A stretch of DNA of 64,000 nt from Ptychomitrium polyphyllum (Eukaryota): positions 7,130,001 through 7,194,000 of the forward strand of contig OZ316776.1 of NCBI GenBank assembly GCA_973851085.1, in the 5' to 3' direction. The stretch's first letter is position 1; each line of letters starts with the position of its first letter. Positions 1 through 11,298 of the stretch are shown here, piece after piece. The notes under the pieces were generated by a model. That model saw only the letters and a list, made by a program, of their open reading frames with translations. It did no database searches and was not told the DNA's origin. A program made the position numbers and the translations under genes.

Positions 1-645
1 GTACGAGTATTCTTTTTGTGGTTCTATCATAAACAAGCAATGGCCGCTGCCCAGCATCACCTGGATCTAGACATGGTGGCTAGGGCTCTTTCCACGCTAT
101 GAAGGACGTCACGTTTTGGATCATGTAATGTATAGATTTTTGTACTTCCTTGCACAATAGTGATATGTGACACCTGAATCTTGTAGACACTGGTGGCAAA
201 TGAACATGGACCATTTAGATGTAGGAAATGATCAGGGAGAATTTAGATGTAAGAAATGATCAGGGACCATTTAGATTTTGAAGTCATTTGATATTGCACA
301 AGGAATGGTGAGGTGTTTACTTTGAGAAGGATGGCACAACAATTGTAAGAGTGTCTTTTAGAGTCAAGTATATCACTGATTAATTCCATTCTTCGTTGTA
401 TGAATGTATTGTGATGAGATTAGCACAGGAATTTAGCGGACATAGATCTATGTGCTACACAGAACTAGAAGGCTTTGCCGAGATTTGTAATTGAATTGTG
501 TATAGAATTGAAAATTACTACCCAAAAACCGTTGGTACAAGATGGGCGCAAGCACACATTATAAGCATACATGTTTGAGTACTTTTGGCAAAAGATATAA
601 AAGAAGAAAGATCCTTCACAATGGTGACATCTTGAAAAATGATGT
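1..645 (-). repeat. H repeat, partial, W-side (Hc) type
   Basis: 1-290 is the reverse complement of about 4060-4321; 290-645 is diverged but alignable to 3700-4060. Confidence 0.85.
213..276 (+). repeat. 28-bp tandem repeat x2 in Hc-type copies
   Basis: ATTTAGATGTAGGAAATGATCAGGGAGA / ATTTAGATGTAAGAAATGATCAGGGACC / ATTTAGAT. Confidence 0.9.
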
Positions 646-727
646 ATTATACACGTTAATAAAAGAAAGAAATACCTTTATCTACGATTGTATCTGACAC
701 CATAATAATACAGGTGACATCTCAATT

Positions 728-1634
728 TGGGAGCAATTATTTTGGGGTCGATTCATGACCCTCTGGTGGTGACATCAAGCTGCGCAACAGTGAGCGGTTA
801 GCGCTGGTTCTCTGCTTGTGAAGGCCAGGATACCTGATTGTTTAGTAGGAGCAGGCTGTCTGATCCGCCGCGGGCATGCATTTGTGTTCTTCTCGAGAAC
901 AAGACCTTTAATGGAGTTGGTCGGAATTAACCCTGCTAGTACGAGTTTACGAAGCACAAACTAAGTGATTTGAATCATAAGATCAGCACCACAGGATACA
1001 TACACGGACACATGTACACCACATGAGATCTAGGCAGAATTTTTCATCTCCACCTTTGAGCAGAAAGTTTCAGATTAAACATCCAGGGAATCTCATGGGC
1101 GGGTAAAAATGTCGCCAACTTTGACGAGGCAACTGATTGTAAGTGTGCGGAATCAACTAGTAAATTGGCGCTGTGATCCGTGTCGAGGGCTATCGATTGG
1201 AAAAATCCGCTGGTTCTGCAATGCCATTGGCCAATTTCAAAGCATAAACGTGTTTGATAGAGCTGCGACCTGCAGAAAATCAGAAAATCGGATTTATTGC
1301 AAGCTGCACCCAACCCTGGTGATTTCACGTCCACTAACCTCCAGATACTTATTCCAGGTGACTCAAATAAGAGGTGTTGGTGAACTGGTTGGTATGCATC
1401 GCGATCACTTATCTCGAGAGACACGCAAAGATGTCTTAGGCCGATCCGGTTCCAGCAGTCTACGACGCTGGGCTGAAAGGTGGTGAACATTCTGGAGAGC
1501 CAGCTTTGAGGTGGGGAAGGGGATTCGCAGTCCACCGCGGCTCGTCCGCCAGCTGCTCTGTCGAGCCAGGCCCACTCGGGCAGAGAAAAGCACCTGCGGG
1601 CAATTGGGCATGCGCGATGGAAGTTTGAAAGCGT
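728..1634 (+). repeat. P repeat (907-bp BURP upstream region), orphan copy, W-P-X junction
   Basis: Matches 9203-10109 at offset 8475, except for single mismatches near each end; not followed by the gene. Confidence 0.95.
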
Positions 1635-1650
1635 GAAGAAGATTTTAAAA

Positions 1651-2008
1651 TTTCCATGTGCCTTAACATTCCAGTGCAGTACATCAAGAATTTGCAAATC
1701 TTTACCCTCGCTATATGATACATGTATCATACAATGTTCTCAAGGATGACATATATTTGTTCCAAGTTCCATGTATACTACCAGCTTTGCAATCAATCAA
1801 ATGTATGCACTTTACAACCTAACCATGTTCCATTTGTTTTAGAGATGCATTGTGCAACGTGAAAATGTGTGACTTAGTTTTGGTACATATTTAGATTTCC
1901 ATGTGCCTCAAAGTTTCACTACACTATATCAAGAATTTGCAATTCTATATCCTTCACCGTATGATACATGTACCATACAATGTTCTCAAGGATGGAATAC
2001 ATTTGTTT
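1651..2008 (+). repeat. Diverged direct repeat of about 110 bp (1651-1762 and 1896-2008) in block X
   Basis: TTTCCATGTGCC...CAAGAATTTGCAA...TATGATACATGTA.CATACAATGTTCTCAAGGATG at a spacing of 245 bp; present in all six X copies. Confidence 0.85.
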
Positions 2009-2439
2009 CTTCTGCTATTTATGATTCTTTATTTCGACATTGAAGCACAATCTTTTATTCATTTTGACAAAAACCTAAATTTCTTCCATGAGCTTGACTT
2101 GCATTAGAGCTTTAAATGAATATTTCCTTCACTGGTTTTCTTCAACATCCATTTCATTGCATTTACTTGAGTATAATCTATCTCCATCTATTTTGTCTTT
2201 GCTTCCGTATCTTCAAAGTATCATCGTTGTTGTCCACTGCGCATTAAACATTTTTGTGCAAATGATTGAATATTTGCATTGGTCAATCCTACAACAAACA
2301 AAGCCAAGAAGTTGGAATGATTTCATTCTATTCTTGCTTGCTCTGCTATATTAGAACGTTGTCCTAATCAACGCACAAAAAAATCATTGCATGAAATGTG
2401 AAATTTTCTTTCACACATGCTATCACAATCATATAGATT

Positions 2440-2840
2440 AGAAGCTTTTGGAAGGACCAAGAAGGTTCAAGGAGGTCTAGGAAGGTTCCTATAAGGTCTA
2501 AGGAAATTCAAGAAGGTTTTGAGAAGATCCAAGAAGGTCTAGGAAGGTTCCGAAGAAGCTACCTTGGTTAAAGAAGCTTCCAAAGGAGCAATTCAAGGTT
2601 GCTTGAGTACGAAGCCTTCTATTGGAATCCTCTTGTGAAGCTTCCAAGGCTTTTCTTTCTAGTATATGTAAGAATAAAAGTTGGAGAGATTTTGAGTCTA
2701 GACAACGCAGATTTTGTGGCCCAGTTTAGACTTTTTAGATTTAAACCTTATTGTGATATAAGTCTAGTTAGACCATCCCCTTGTGTTGATTCCTTGTCTT
2801 GTCTTTCCATGCATAATACATGCTGAGTCTCAATAAATTT
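2440..2840. mobile_element. GAAGGT-rich low-complexity tract, possible LTR-retrotransposon LTR remnant (in all six X copies)
   Basis: About nine GAAGG(T)TC-like motifs, then a TATA-like AGTATATGTAAG and an AATAAA at 2832. No TG..CA termini or target-site duplication identified. Confidence 0.35.
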
Positions 2841-3698
2841 CAAATCGTGCCTTCAACTTAAGTAATGTAAGAATTTTCTTTTGTTGACACAATGCTTGTA
2901 GAACTAAACAATTTGAAATATCATCTTACATGATGTTGTATCATGATCAATGTATTGATCCATTGCCTAATGGTACCGTTACACATTTTGCTGCTTGTTC
3001 CTGATTAATGTACACAAGTAAATTCAATACATATGTAAAGATGCATGCGTACACTCAAATCATACGTATTGGTGACTTATGAAATCCACAACTTTAAATG
3101 CACCTTCCAAATGAAACTACTTCAACTAAGTAATTTTACATTATTTTACCTTTCTACCTAGAATTTCCTTCTATCTACCACATCTTGCATATTCTTCCTT
3201 TGATTCTTCTAACAAACTACTAATAGTCCATACAACATGGAAATTTGTTGTTGTATGTTTTGAATAATACTTACTAATTTTTGCTTATGTCAAAATTTAG
3301 GAGTCTTTGGTTATAGGTAATGCTTTCATTCAACAACAATGAATTAATAAAGTCACAATTAAATGCCACAATAGTTCAAAATAAAGCTCTAAATCATTGC
3401 ACCCAACCAATGTAAGACTTGCCACTTTGAATATGGTAACCTATAGTTCTTCTACATTCCAAACTCCTTCTTTTACAAATTATGATAATACATCTTGACA
3501 GGCCCCTCCTATGTACTCTCTCTACTATGCAAATTGCTCTCCAAAGCTAAACATGCATCATCACACTTTGGTTTGTATTCCTGCAAGCAACATAAAATCC
3601 ATCTAATTATCCCTTTTGTGATATCTACAAAAGACTACTGGTATTCCAAGAGGACCACTAAAACGCGTTCCACGCTATACAGTAGCTCACTAATTTAG

Positions 3699-4930
3699 AA
3701 TATCATTCTCTAGAATACCATCATTGTGAAGGACCTTTTATTCTTCCATTTTAATGCAAGAAGTACTTCAAACATGCATGCTTGCAACATGTGTGCCCAA
3801 ACACATTCTTTAACAATGGCTTTTCAGATAGTAAATCTCAACTCTACAAACAACTCAACTACAAATTCCCTCAAAGCTCTTTAGTTCTAGATAGCACTTA
3901 GATTTGTAAGCACAAAATTCAAGTGCTGATCTTGTCACAATACGTTCTTCCAAAAAGACATGGATTTAATCATTCATATACTTGATTCTAAGAGGCACTC
4001 TTACAATTGATGTGTCTTCTCTATAGTAAATAGACATCTCAACATTCCATGTGCACGATCAAATGACTTCAAAATCTAAATGGTCCCTGATCATTTCCTA
4101 CATCTAAATGGTCCATGTTCATTTGCCACCAGTGTCTACAAGATTCAGGTGTCACATATCACTGTTGTGCAAGGAAGTACAAAAATCTATACATTACATG
4201 ATCCAAAACGTGACGTCCTTCATAGCGTGGAAAGAGCCCTAGCCACCATGTCTAGATCCAGGTGATGCTGGGCAGCGGCCATTGCTTGTTTATGATAGAA
4301 CCACAAAAAGAATACTCGTACTTTTGGCAGCCCAAAAGTGCAGGTGAAATTTGGATCCTTTAAAACCAATGGATGTGTCCGGACACCTACGATGAAGTTG
4401 CAAATGGCCAATCGAAGAATCTTTGGAAAAGGCGCTTTCCGACCGTTGCTGCCATGTGCCTCTTGATTGATGTGTACGAAGAGTACGTCATGTCTACATT
4501 GTACGTTTGTTGAGGAGCACCATCTGTGCAAACGCATCCATGTCATAGCTATAGCCATTTCTAAGCCATCACCAATGCAAAATCCACTGTTCACTTTGGA
4601 GTGGCACATGTCTTCATGGTAGGTGGGCATCTTTGGTACAAAGTACAGCTTTGTGCTTCAAAGTCACTCTGGAATACAATTGATCCGCCAATTGTGTATG
4701 GTCCGATGATCTTCCAATGATTACACTATTGCACATCTCAGATAGTTCATACTAGTGACTGAGTAAGCATAAAGAACCAAGTGGTAGTGTTGGGAGGAGG
4801 CATGTAAAGTTATGGGTATTCCAATCTAAAAACACACCTGGTATTCTCAAAGTCCTAGCAAAATCTGACCTTGGAAACATAAGTCAAGCCTTTGTGAAGC
4901 TTCTTTGTGATACTCACTTGGAAATTTTGC
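3699..4930 (+). repeat. H repeat, X-H-Y junction (same type at about 39618-40851 and 61787-63020)
   Basis: Shared near-identical core about 4084-4550; X-type left flank, Y-type right flank. Origin unknown, possibly decayed TE coding sequence. Confidence 0.85.
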
Positions 4931-5477
4931 CAACTGGGTTAATTGCATCATTCAATCTATAACAAGTCTTTGGTGATTACTCACGCTCAATCAATTCATG
5001 CAAGATAAATGTGTATTCAATGATTGTGTTCAAAGGTTGTATATGTATTTATACACTTTAACATAAAATAATAAGATACATTGGCCTACAATCTTATTTC
5101 CAATTGGCTTACACTATAATAGAAGCAACGATGTTTGAATTCAAGGAGGCTATAAGCATGAATTTGCACACTATAAGCAAGTTTGAGACAGTCATGTGTC
5201 ATGTCAAATGGTACACCAACCAACAATGTCTTGTCAAAAATAGTCTAAATAATAGTATTTCAACAAATTGAGGCATTAGCACAAATGATTCAAAGGATTA
5301 GACACATGTCTTAAATAATGGAAGAACCCGAATCAAGTTGATTATAGTGTAAGACAATAACAATTCCTACACCACAAAAGCTTAGTTATACCCTATTAAA
5401 GAAGAAATCCTCCTCCTTGTTGACTAAGTCCTTTGCAACTGCATAGATAAGAAGATCAAAGATTATATTCTCAAAGT

Positions 5478-6420
5478 ACTTTGAAGCACAAAGTTGTACT
5501 TTGTACCAAAGATGCTCACCTACCATGAAGACAACTGCCACTCCAAAGTGAGCAGTGGATTTTGCATTGGTGATGGCTCAAGGAATGGCTATAGCTATGA
5601 CAAGGACGCGTTTGCACAGAAGGTGCTCCTCAACAAACGTACGATGTAGACATGACGTACTCTTCGTACACACCAATCAAGAGGCACATGGCAGCAACGG
5701 TCGGAAAGCGCCTTTTCCAAAGATTCTTTGATTGGCCATTTGCAACTTCACTTTAGGTGTCCGGAAACATCCATTGGTTTCAAAAGATCCAAATTTCACC
5801 CGCACTTTTGGAATGCCAAAAGTACGAGTATTGTTCTTGTGGTTCTGTCATAAACAAGCAATGGCCGCTGCCCAACATCACGTGGATCTAGAGATGGTGT
5901 GACAAGAGGTCTTTCCATGTTATGAAGGAGATCATCTTTTGCATCATCCAATGTATAGAATTTTGTACTTCCTCGGGCGTTAGTGATATGTGACATCTGA
6001 ATCTTGTAGGCACTGGTAGCAAATGAACATTGACCATTTGGATTTTGAAGTCGTTTGATTGTGCACATGGAACGTTGAGATGTCTATTCACGAGGGGGAA
6101 GACACAACATTTGTAAGAGGGTGTTTTGGAATCAAATACATCAAGGACTATGTCCATGTTCTTTTGTAGTTATGTATTGCGACCACATGAGCACATGAAT
6201 GTAATAGACACATATGCAAATGCTATCTTGTACGGAAAAGCTTTGAGGGAATTTGTAATTGAGTTGTTTATGGAATTGAAGATTACCACCTGCAAAAGCC
6301 ATTGTTAAAGGATGAGTTTGAGCACACTTGTTGTAAGCATACATGTTTGGATACTTTTGGCAGAAATATGCATGAATAAAAGATCCTTCGCAATGACAGT
6401 ATTCTAGAGAATGATATTTT
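5478..6420 (-). repeat. Diverged H paralog Hb (also about 19230-20172 -, 33819-34761 +, 41399-42341 -, 55988-56930 +, 63568-64000 -)
   Basis: Imperfect reverse complement of 3699-4664, e.g. ACTTTGAAGCACAAAG at one end and GTATTCTAGAGAATGATATT at the other. Confidence 0.85.
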
Positions 6421-8012
6421 GAATTTATAAATTGTAGATAGATGCAACTAATCTTTGGATGCGAAGTTAGTGTTTATGATGTTGTAGGAGCCTTTTCACT
6501 TTTAATTAGTGAATTATAAATTTGCTAGGGTGTAGAGTATGAAGACATTGTGTGTTGTTTTTGTTAGATCACGTAAGCGTATTTGTAAGCTTGGATACAC
6601 ATTAAAGAATCTATAGTTGTTGTAGCATTGAACAAGCTCTATTTGTAATTGTTTGGTAGTGTATGTATTATTTACTTAAACATTTATGTAAATCTATACT
6701 TGATGTGCAATGATGTTGTGTTCCTTTGAATGGATGTTATTTATTTGAAGCTTTGAATCTTTCAAAATGGAGTCATTATTCCATCTTTTTGGTGATGTAA
6801 ATTTCATTAGAAATTTCAACTTAAGAAACATTCTATTAAATATAAAATTTTAAGTTTTTAACTAATATTTAATCACTTGAACACATCCATAGATTGTCCA
6901 TATATTGCTAGGTTAGAATGTATTGTCATGGAGGCTTTTAACTACAATAAAGTAGCCACATCTCAATGCAGGGATGAATTGAATGTTTTGGCACTATTAT
7001 TGTTTGATTGTGTATGATATCATTATATTAGATTTTGAAGCCATAATTCATGTAATTGAGTGCGTAGTAAAATTTATTGTCCAAATTTCATTGAAAATTT
7101 TGACTTCAATAAATGCCTTATTTGAGAGAAATTTGTTATAGTATATGACACAATTGTATCATGTTTGGCAGGTTTGTAGAACCATTCATTGGTTTTGTGC
7201 ATGCAAGATGCTCATAATAATTTTGAAGCATGTATAGAAATCCAATTAGAGCGATATTAATATGAATAAAAATAAAAAGTTATATGGATTAACTAATATA
7301 AGAAGTGAGATGTTTGTGCAGATGTGACATGGTAAGGTTGGTACAATCCCTTATTGTTTTCTTAAATACTAGAATAGCAGAAAGTACATTTTATAAAATG
7401 ATGGCTACAAAGGTAGGCATGTTACGGAATGTATGACTCATATTATGACATGTATATCATATTCACCCTACTTACAAATCAACCTTCTAATTGTATCCAA
7501 CAATGAGGTGGCCCTTTATTTTGTTCAAATCAAAAGCCTCAAAGAAACGCATCAAAGTGGAATATTTTTATTTCACAATGAGTTCCTCTTGATAAATTGA
7601 TTTTTAACCTATTAGAGTATTATATATGTGATAATTGTACTTTGTACAATGTGTATATGTGCAATTTTTCCTTATTTTCTTTGCCTTTAATGTTTGATAC
7701 TTTTATAATGTGTTTCAAAGGTATAACAAAAATATACAAGTTGATAGAACATTGCATTAAAAACTCAAGCAATTGTTAAATGTATAACAATCCATACCCA
7801 CATTTTCAAAAGGAGTATAAAAGATAAGTAAAGGTGATGTTTGAAGATGTTTTGAACTTTATATTTCAAACAACACCTTCAAAGAATTTTGGATATGTCA
7901 TGTCAAAATGTATATTGTTTAACACACTAATATAAGTATTTCAATCTCAAAAATCATGTTCTCAATAAATATTTGTTACCTTTAATTCACTTCACATTTA
8001 CAACTTGCATTA

Positions 8013-8110
8013 CTCTCACTATTCATCACTCACTATCCTCTCACTACTCGTCACTCACTTTCCTCTCACTATTCGTCACTTACTTTCCTCACTATTCGTC
8101 GCCTGCTTTA
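8013..8110 (+). repeat. 25-bp minisatellite, about 4 units (in all five Z copies)
   Basis: CTCTCACTATTCGTCACTCACTTTC-like units at 8013, 8038, 8063 and 8088. Confidence 0.85.
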
Positions 8111-8176
8111 CTCTCAAGTTTTAGGTGACCAAAGTGCAGCTCAAGTTGTCCAATTTATCCTGCTTGCCCCCTCACT

Positions 8177-8262
8177 ACCACACAAGTCTGTGTCACGTTC
8201 ACTTACCACACTAGTCTGTCGCACATTCAACTCACCACACAAGTCTGTGTCACGTTCAACTT
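8177..8262 (+). repeat. 28/29-bp minisatellite x3 (in all five Z copies)
   Basis: ACCACACAAGTCTGTGTCACGTTCA(A)CTT-like units at 8177, 8205 and 8234. Confidence 0.85.
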
Positions 8263-9202
8263 ACTCATAACCCAAACATATGTTCACACAAGGAGTGCAC
8301 GGTTTACTTTCTGCACTTTAAATCCACGGACCTTTACATTCTAGCACTGGTGCTCGATGGAGCAGCGTCGATGCCAAATACGAATCCTTTGCAATAATTG
8401 AAAATTACAATGATTATCCTCCGCAGCAGAGTGACTAGTGAAGAGAGGAGAGAATCAATGTTGTTGGTGAAGCCGGTGCTGCGTCTCCATCCCGGTGCAA
8501 GCTGATGCATACGAAAGCGGTCGACCCTGTGGAACCTTATCGCCATGCTGATCATGCTGTTGGGTTTGACTATGGTGGGGACGACGGTCAAGAGACTTCG
8601 TCACGGTTCCTCCTCCTGGCTTCGCTTAAACCTTTATGCCCTACAGGTATTCCGGATTCACACCCAAAAAAAAAAAGTACGTAAGAGGCCATAAATCCCA
8701 CATGCTCATGAAGAATTTATTGAAGGCCTTTCACAAACGAATCTATTACACATTACACCTAGTCCGATTTCTTGTTATTATTTTAGTGTTTTCTAAAGTG
8801 TTATGATTCTTTCTATGCACGACTCCAAAATTTACACTATAAATATAAACCCAAACATCTCAATGTGAACAAAATACCTGAAACTTTCAAAACACACCTA
8901 AACCACAATTTCATTCGACTATCTTGTTTCCTCAGTCATCTAGGTCTAAACCCTGTAACCTCAATTTATGAAATCTATAGCTGTGCCAAATCAACTGAAC
9001 AGATTATAAGACCCCTTTATTCCTGGAATCAGCACAAATCAAAGCCTAAACACCAATATGCAACAGACAATACCATTTGACCGACAACTCCGTTACCTCC
9101 GGCCATTTAGAAAACCCCTTCAGTAGGTAGAACAGAACGGCATAAACAGGCCTTCTCAATTCTTAACGTCCACACCGTGAATAGTTAGGTGCCATCACAT
9201 TC

Positions 9203-10109
9203 TGGGAGCAATTACTTTGGGGTCGATTCATGACCCTCTGGTGGTGACATCAAGCTGCGCAACAGTGAGCGGTTAGCGCTGGTTCTCTGCTTGTGAAGGC
9301 CAGGATACCTGATTGTTTAGTAGGAGCAGGCTGTCTGATCCGCCGCGGGCATGCATTTGTGTTCTTCTCGAGAACAAGACCTTTAATGGAGTTGGTCGGA
9401 ATTAACCCTGCTAGTACGAGTTTACGAAGCACAAACTAAGTGATTTGAATCATAAGATCAGCACCACAGGATACATACACGGACACATGTACACCACATG
9501 AGATCTAGGCAGAATTTTTCATCTCCACCTTTGAGCAGAAAGTTTCAGATTAAACATCCAGGGAATCTCATGGGCGGGTAAAAATGTCGCCAACTTTGAC
9601 GAGGCAACTGATTGTAAGTGTGCGGAATCAACTAGTAAATTGGCGCTGTGATCCGTGTCGAGGGCTATCGATTGGAAAAATCCGCTGGTTCTGCAATGCC
9701 ATTGGCCAATTTCAAAGCATAAACGTGTTTGATAGAGCTGCGACCTGCAGAAAATCAGAAAATCGGATTTATTGCAAGCTGCACCCAACCCTGGTGATTT
9801 CACGTCCACTAACCTCCAGATACTTATTCCAGGTGACTCAAATAAGAGGTGTTGGTGAACTGGTTGGTATGCATCGCGATCACTTATCTCGAGAGACACG
9901 CAAAGATGTCTTAGGCCGATCCGGTTCCAGCAGTCTACGACGCTGGGCTGAAAGGTGGTGAACATTCTGGAGAGCCAGCTTTGAGGTGGGGAAGGGGATT
10001 CGCAGTCCACCGCGGCTCGTCCGCCAGCTGCTCTGTCGAGCCAGGCCCACTCGGGCAGAGAAAAGCACCTGCGGGCAATTGGGCATGCGCGATGGAAGTT
10101 TGGAAGCGT
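9203..10109 (+). promoter_or_regulatory. P repeat, upstream region of BURP copy 1 (Z-P-G)
   Basis: Directly abuts the TATA box and the gene. Confidence 0.85.
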
Positions 10110-10115
10110 ATAAAA
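10109..10115 (+). promoter_or_regulatory. TATA box of BURP copy 1
   Basis: TATAAAA 117 nt upstream of ATG 10226, followed by a CT-rich leader. Confidence 0.7.
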
Positions 10116-10225
10116 GATGCAGGCGTCCGCAGTTAAGATCACCCACTGCCTACCCCTCACGCACTCAGCTCTCTCTGATCTGTACGAACCCGCTCTAGTG
10201 TCTCATATCTCCGGCTGTTGACAGA

Positions 10226-11298
10226 ATGGCGATTCAGCACCTTCACGTCCTTGTGTTCGTCCTGGCAGCAGCGAGCTCCATGGTAAGTCCACAAAACCCC
10301 TCTAGCTTATCATTTGCTGTTGTTTACATTCGATCTACGCATGCAGTGTGCACTTGATGTGTTGTGAGTTGCGGGGCTGGTCTAACTTCGAGAGTGTGTC
10401 TTGTCTGGAAATGCAGGTTGGGGTGAGTCTGGCTGGTAGGCCGATCGGGAAGGCGGTAAGCAGCAGCTCGTCCGCTCATCTTCTCTCCGCAGTGTGCTCA
10501 TCTAGTGCGCTGATCTGCCTTAGCGATGATCTTCTTCGGCAGACGGCCGAATCGGATGTCGCGGATGCAGCCCGTCTTCGCGACGCTTCGATTGTCACGG
10601 TGAACGACCTGCAGCGAGACTTCTTCCTGGAGACTGCGATGGTCGCAGGCGCCAAGATGACCTTGGACGGGAATCTGCATGACCCCGCCCCCAGGAGAGA
10701 GTTCCTGACAAGTTCTGCTGTGGCCAAACTGCCTTCCCTTACATCTTCTAACGCGTTGACCCTGATGCAGCACTTCGGCGTGGCGCGCGACTCTACCGAG
10801 GCCACTGACGTTGCCACCGCCGCGTATCTGTGCGGCAGCGCGGCCCTCCCCGGCGAATCCAGGGCCTGCGCTGCATCTACTGAGTCTGTGGCCACCTTCG
10901 TGGCCGCTGAACTGGGCCACGAAGTTAAGGTGTACTCAACTAGCGGCGCACCGGCCTCAGCCCCGGCCTCGAAGGAGCCAGTTGCCATTCTCGATGTCGC
11001 CAAGGGCTCAGTCGCCGAGGGTAAGAAAATCGTTGTCTGCCATCACATTGCCTTCCCCGTGGCGCTGTACTACTGTCATCGTGTGACAGGCACGAAGATC
11101 ATCCAGGCGACTCTCAAACCGGAGGGCTCCGAATCCACTCGTATCAAAGCCGTCGCGATCTGCCACATCAACACTGCGCAGTGGCTGTCTCGTCACCCCG
11201 CCTTTAAAGCTCTGAAGATCGCACATGGTGATGAGGCGTGTCACATGCTTGTGGAGAACGATATTGTATTTGCTCCGGCTATGTCCAAGGACGTGTAG
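10226..11298 (+). CDS. Secreted BURP-domain protein, PG1beta-like, 312 aa; exons 10226-10282 and 10417-11298 (copy 1)
   Basis: Exon 1 encodes MAIQHLHVLVFVLAAASSM (signal-peptide-like), followed by a GTAAGT donor at 10283, a CTAAC branch-like site at 10382 and a TGCAG acceptor ending at 10416, in frame with ORF 10348-11298. BURP hallmarks: FF start (RDFFLETAM), C..GE..C..S.ES..F..LG, and CH-X10-CH-X27-CH-X24-CH. Confidence 0.93.
10283..10416 (+). other. 134-nt phase-0 GT-AG intron of the BURP gene (also 29823-29956 and 51992-52125 on -)
   Basis: ATG|GTAAGT ... CTAAC ... TGCAG|GTT; splicing joins a hydrophobic leader in frame to the BURP exon. Confidence 0.85.

Noticed and set aside
1044..1730. 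228/213-aa minus-strand ORF and 125-aa plus-strand ORF in P
   Set aside because: No recognisable domain, the N-terminus changes with the flanking block, and they overlap the gene's upstream region; recurrence only reflects duplication.
4220..4630. 112-136 aa ORF in H as a transposase or recombinase
   Set aside because: No DDE, tyrosine- or serine-recombinase motif seen; the frame is disrupted differently among copies.
8013..8262. CRISPR-like array
   Set aside because: Head-to-tail degenerate repeats with no unique spacers, eukaryotic context, no cas genes.
8334..8650. GC-rich island in Z as an exon
   Set aside because: Multiple stops or non-ATG starts in the frames read and no recognisable product.
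9343..10014. ABRE-, RY- and CE-like motifs (ACGTG, CATGCA, CCGCGG) implying drought regulation
   Set aside because: These 5-6-mers are expected by chance in 900 bp; not supportable without expression data.
10348..10416. 316-aa ORF start MHLMCCELRGW...
   Set aside because: It begins at a GTG inside the predicted intron; the spliced model from ATG 10226 gives a signal peptide and canonical splice sites.
10476..11244. Antisense and alternative-frame ORFs over the BURP exon
   Set aside because: Shadow ORFs expected from GC-rich codon usage.
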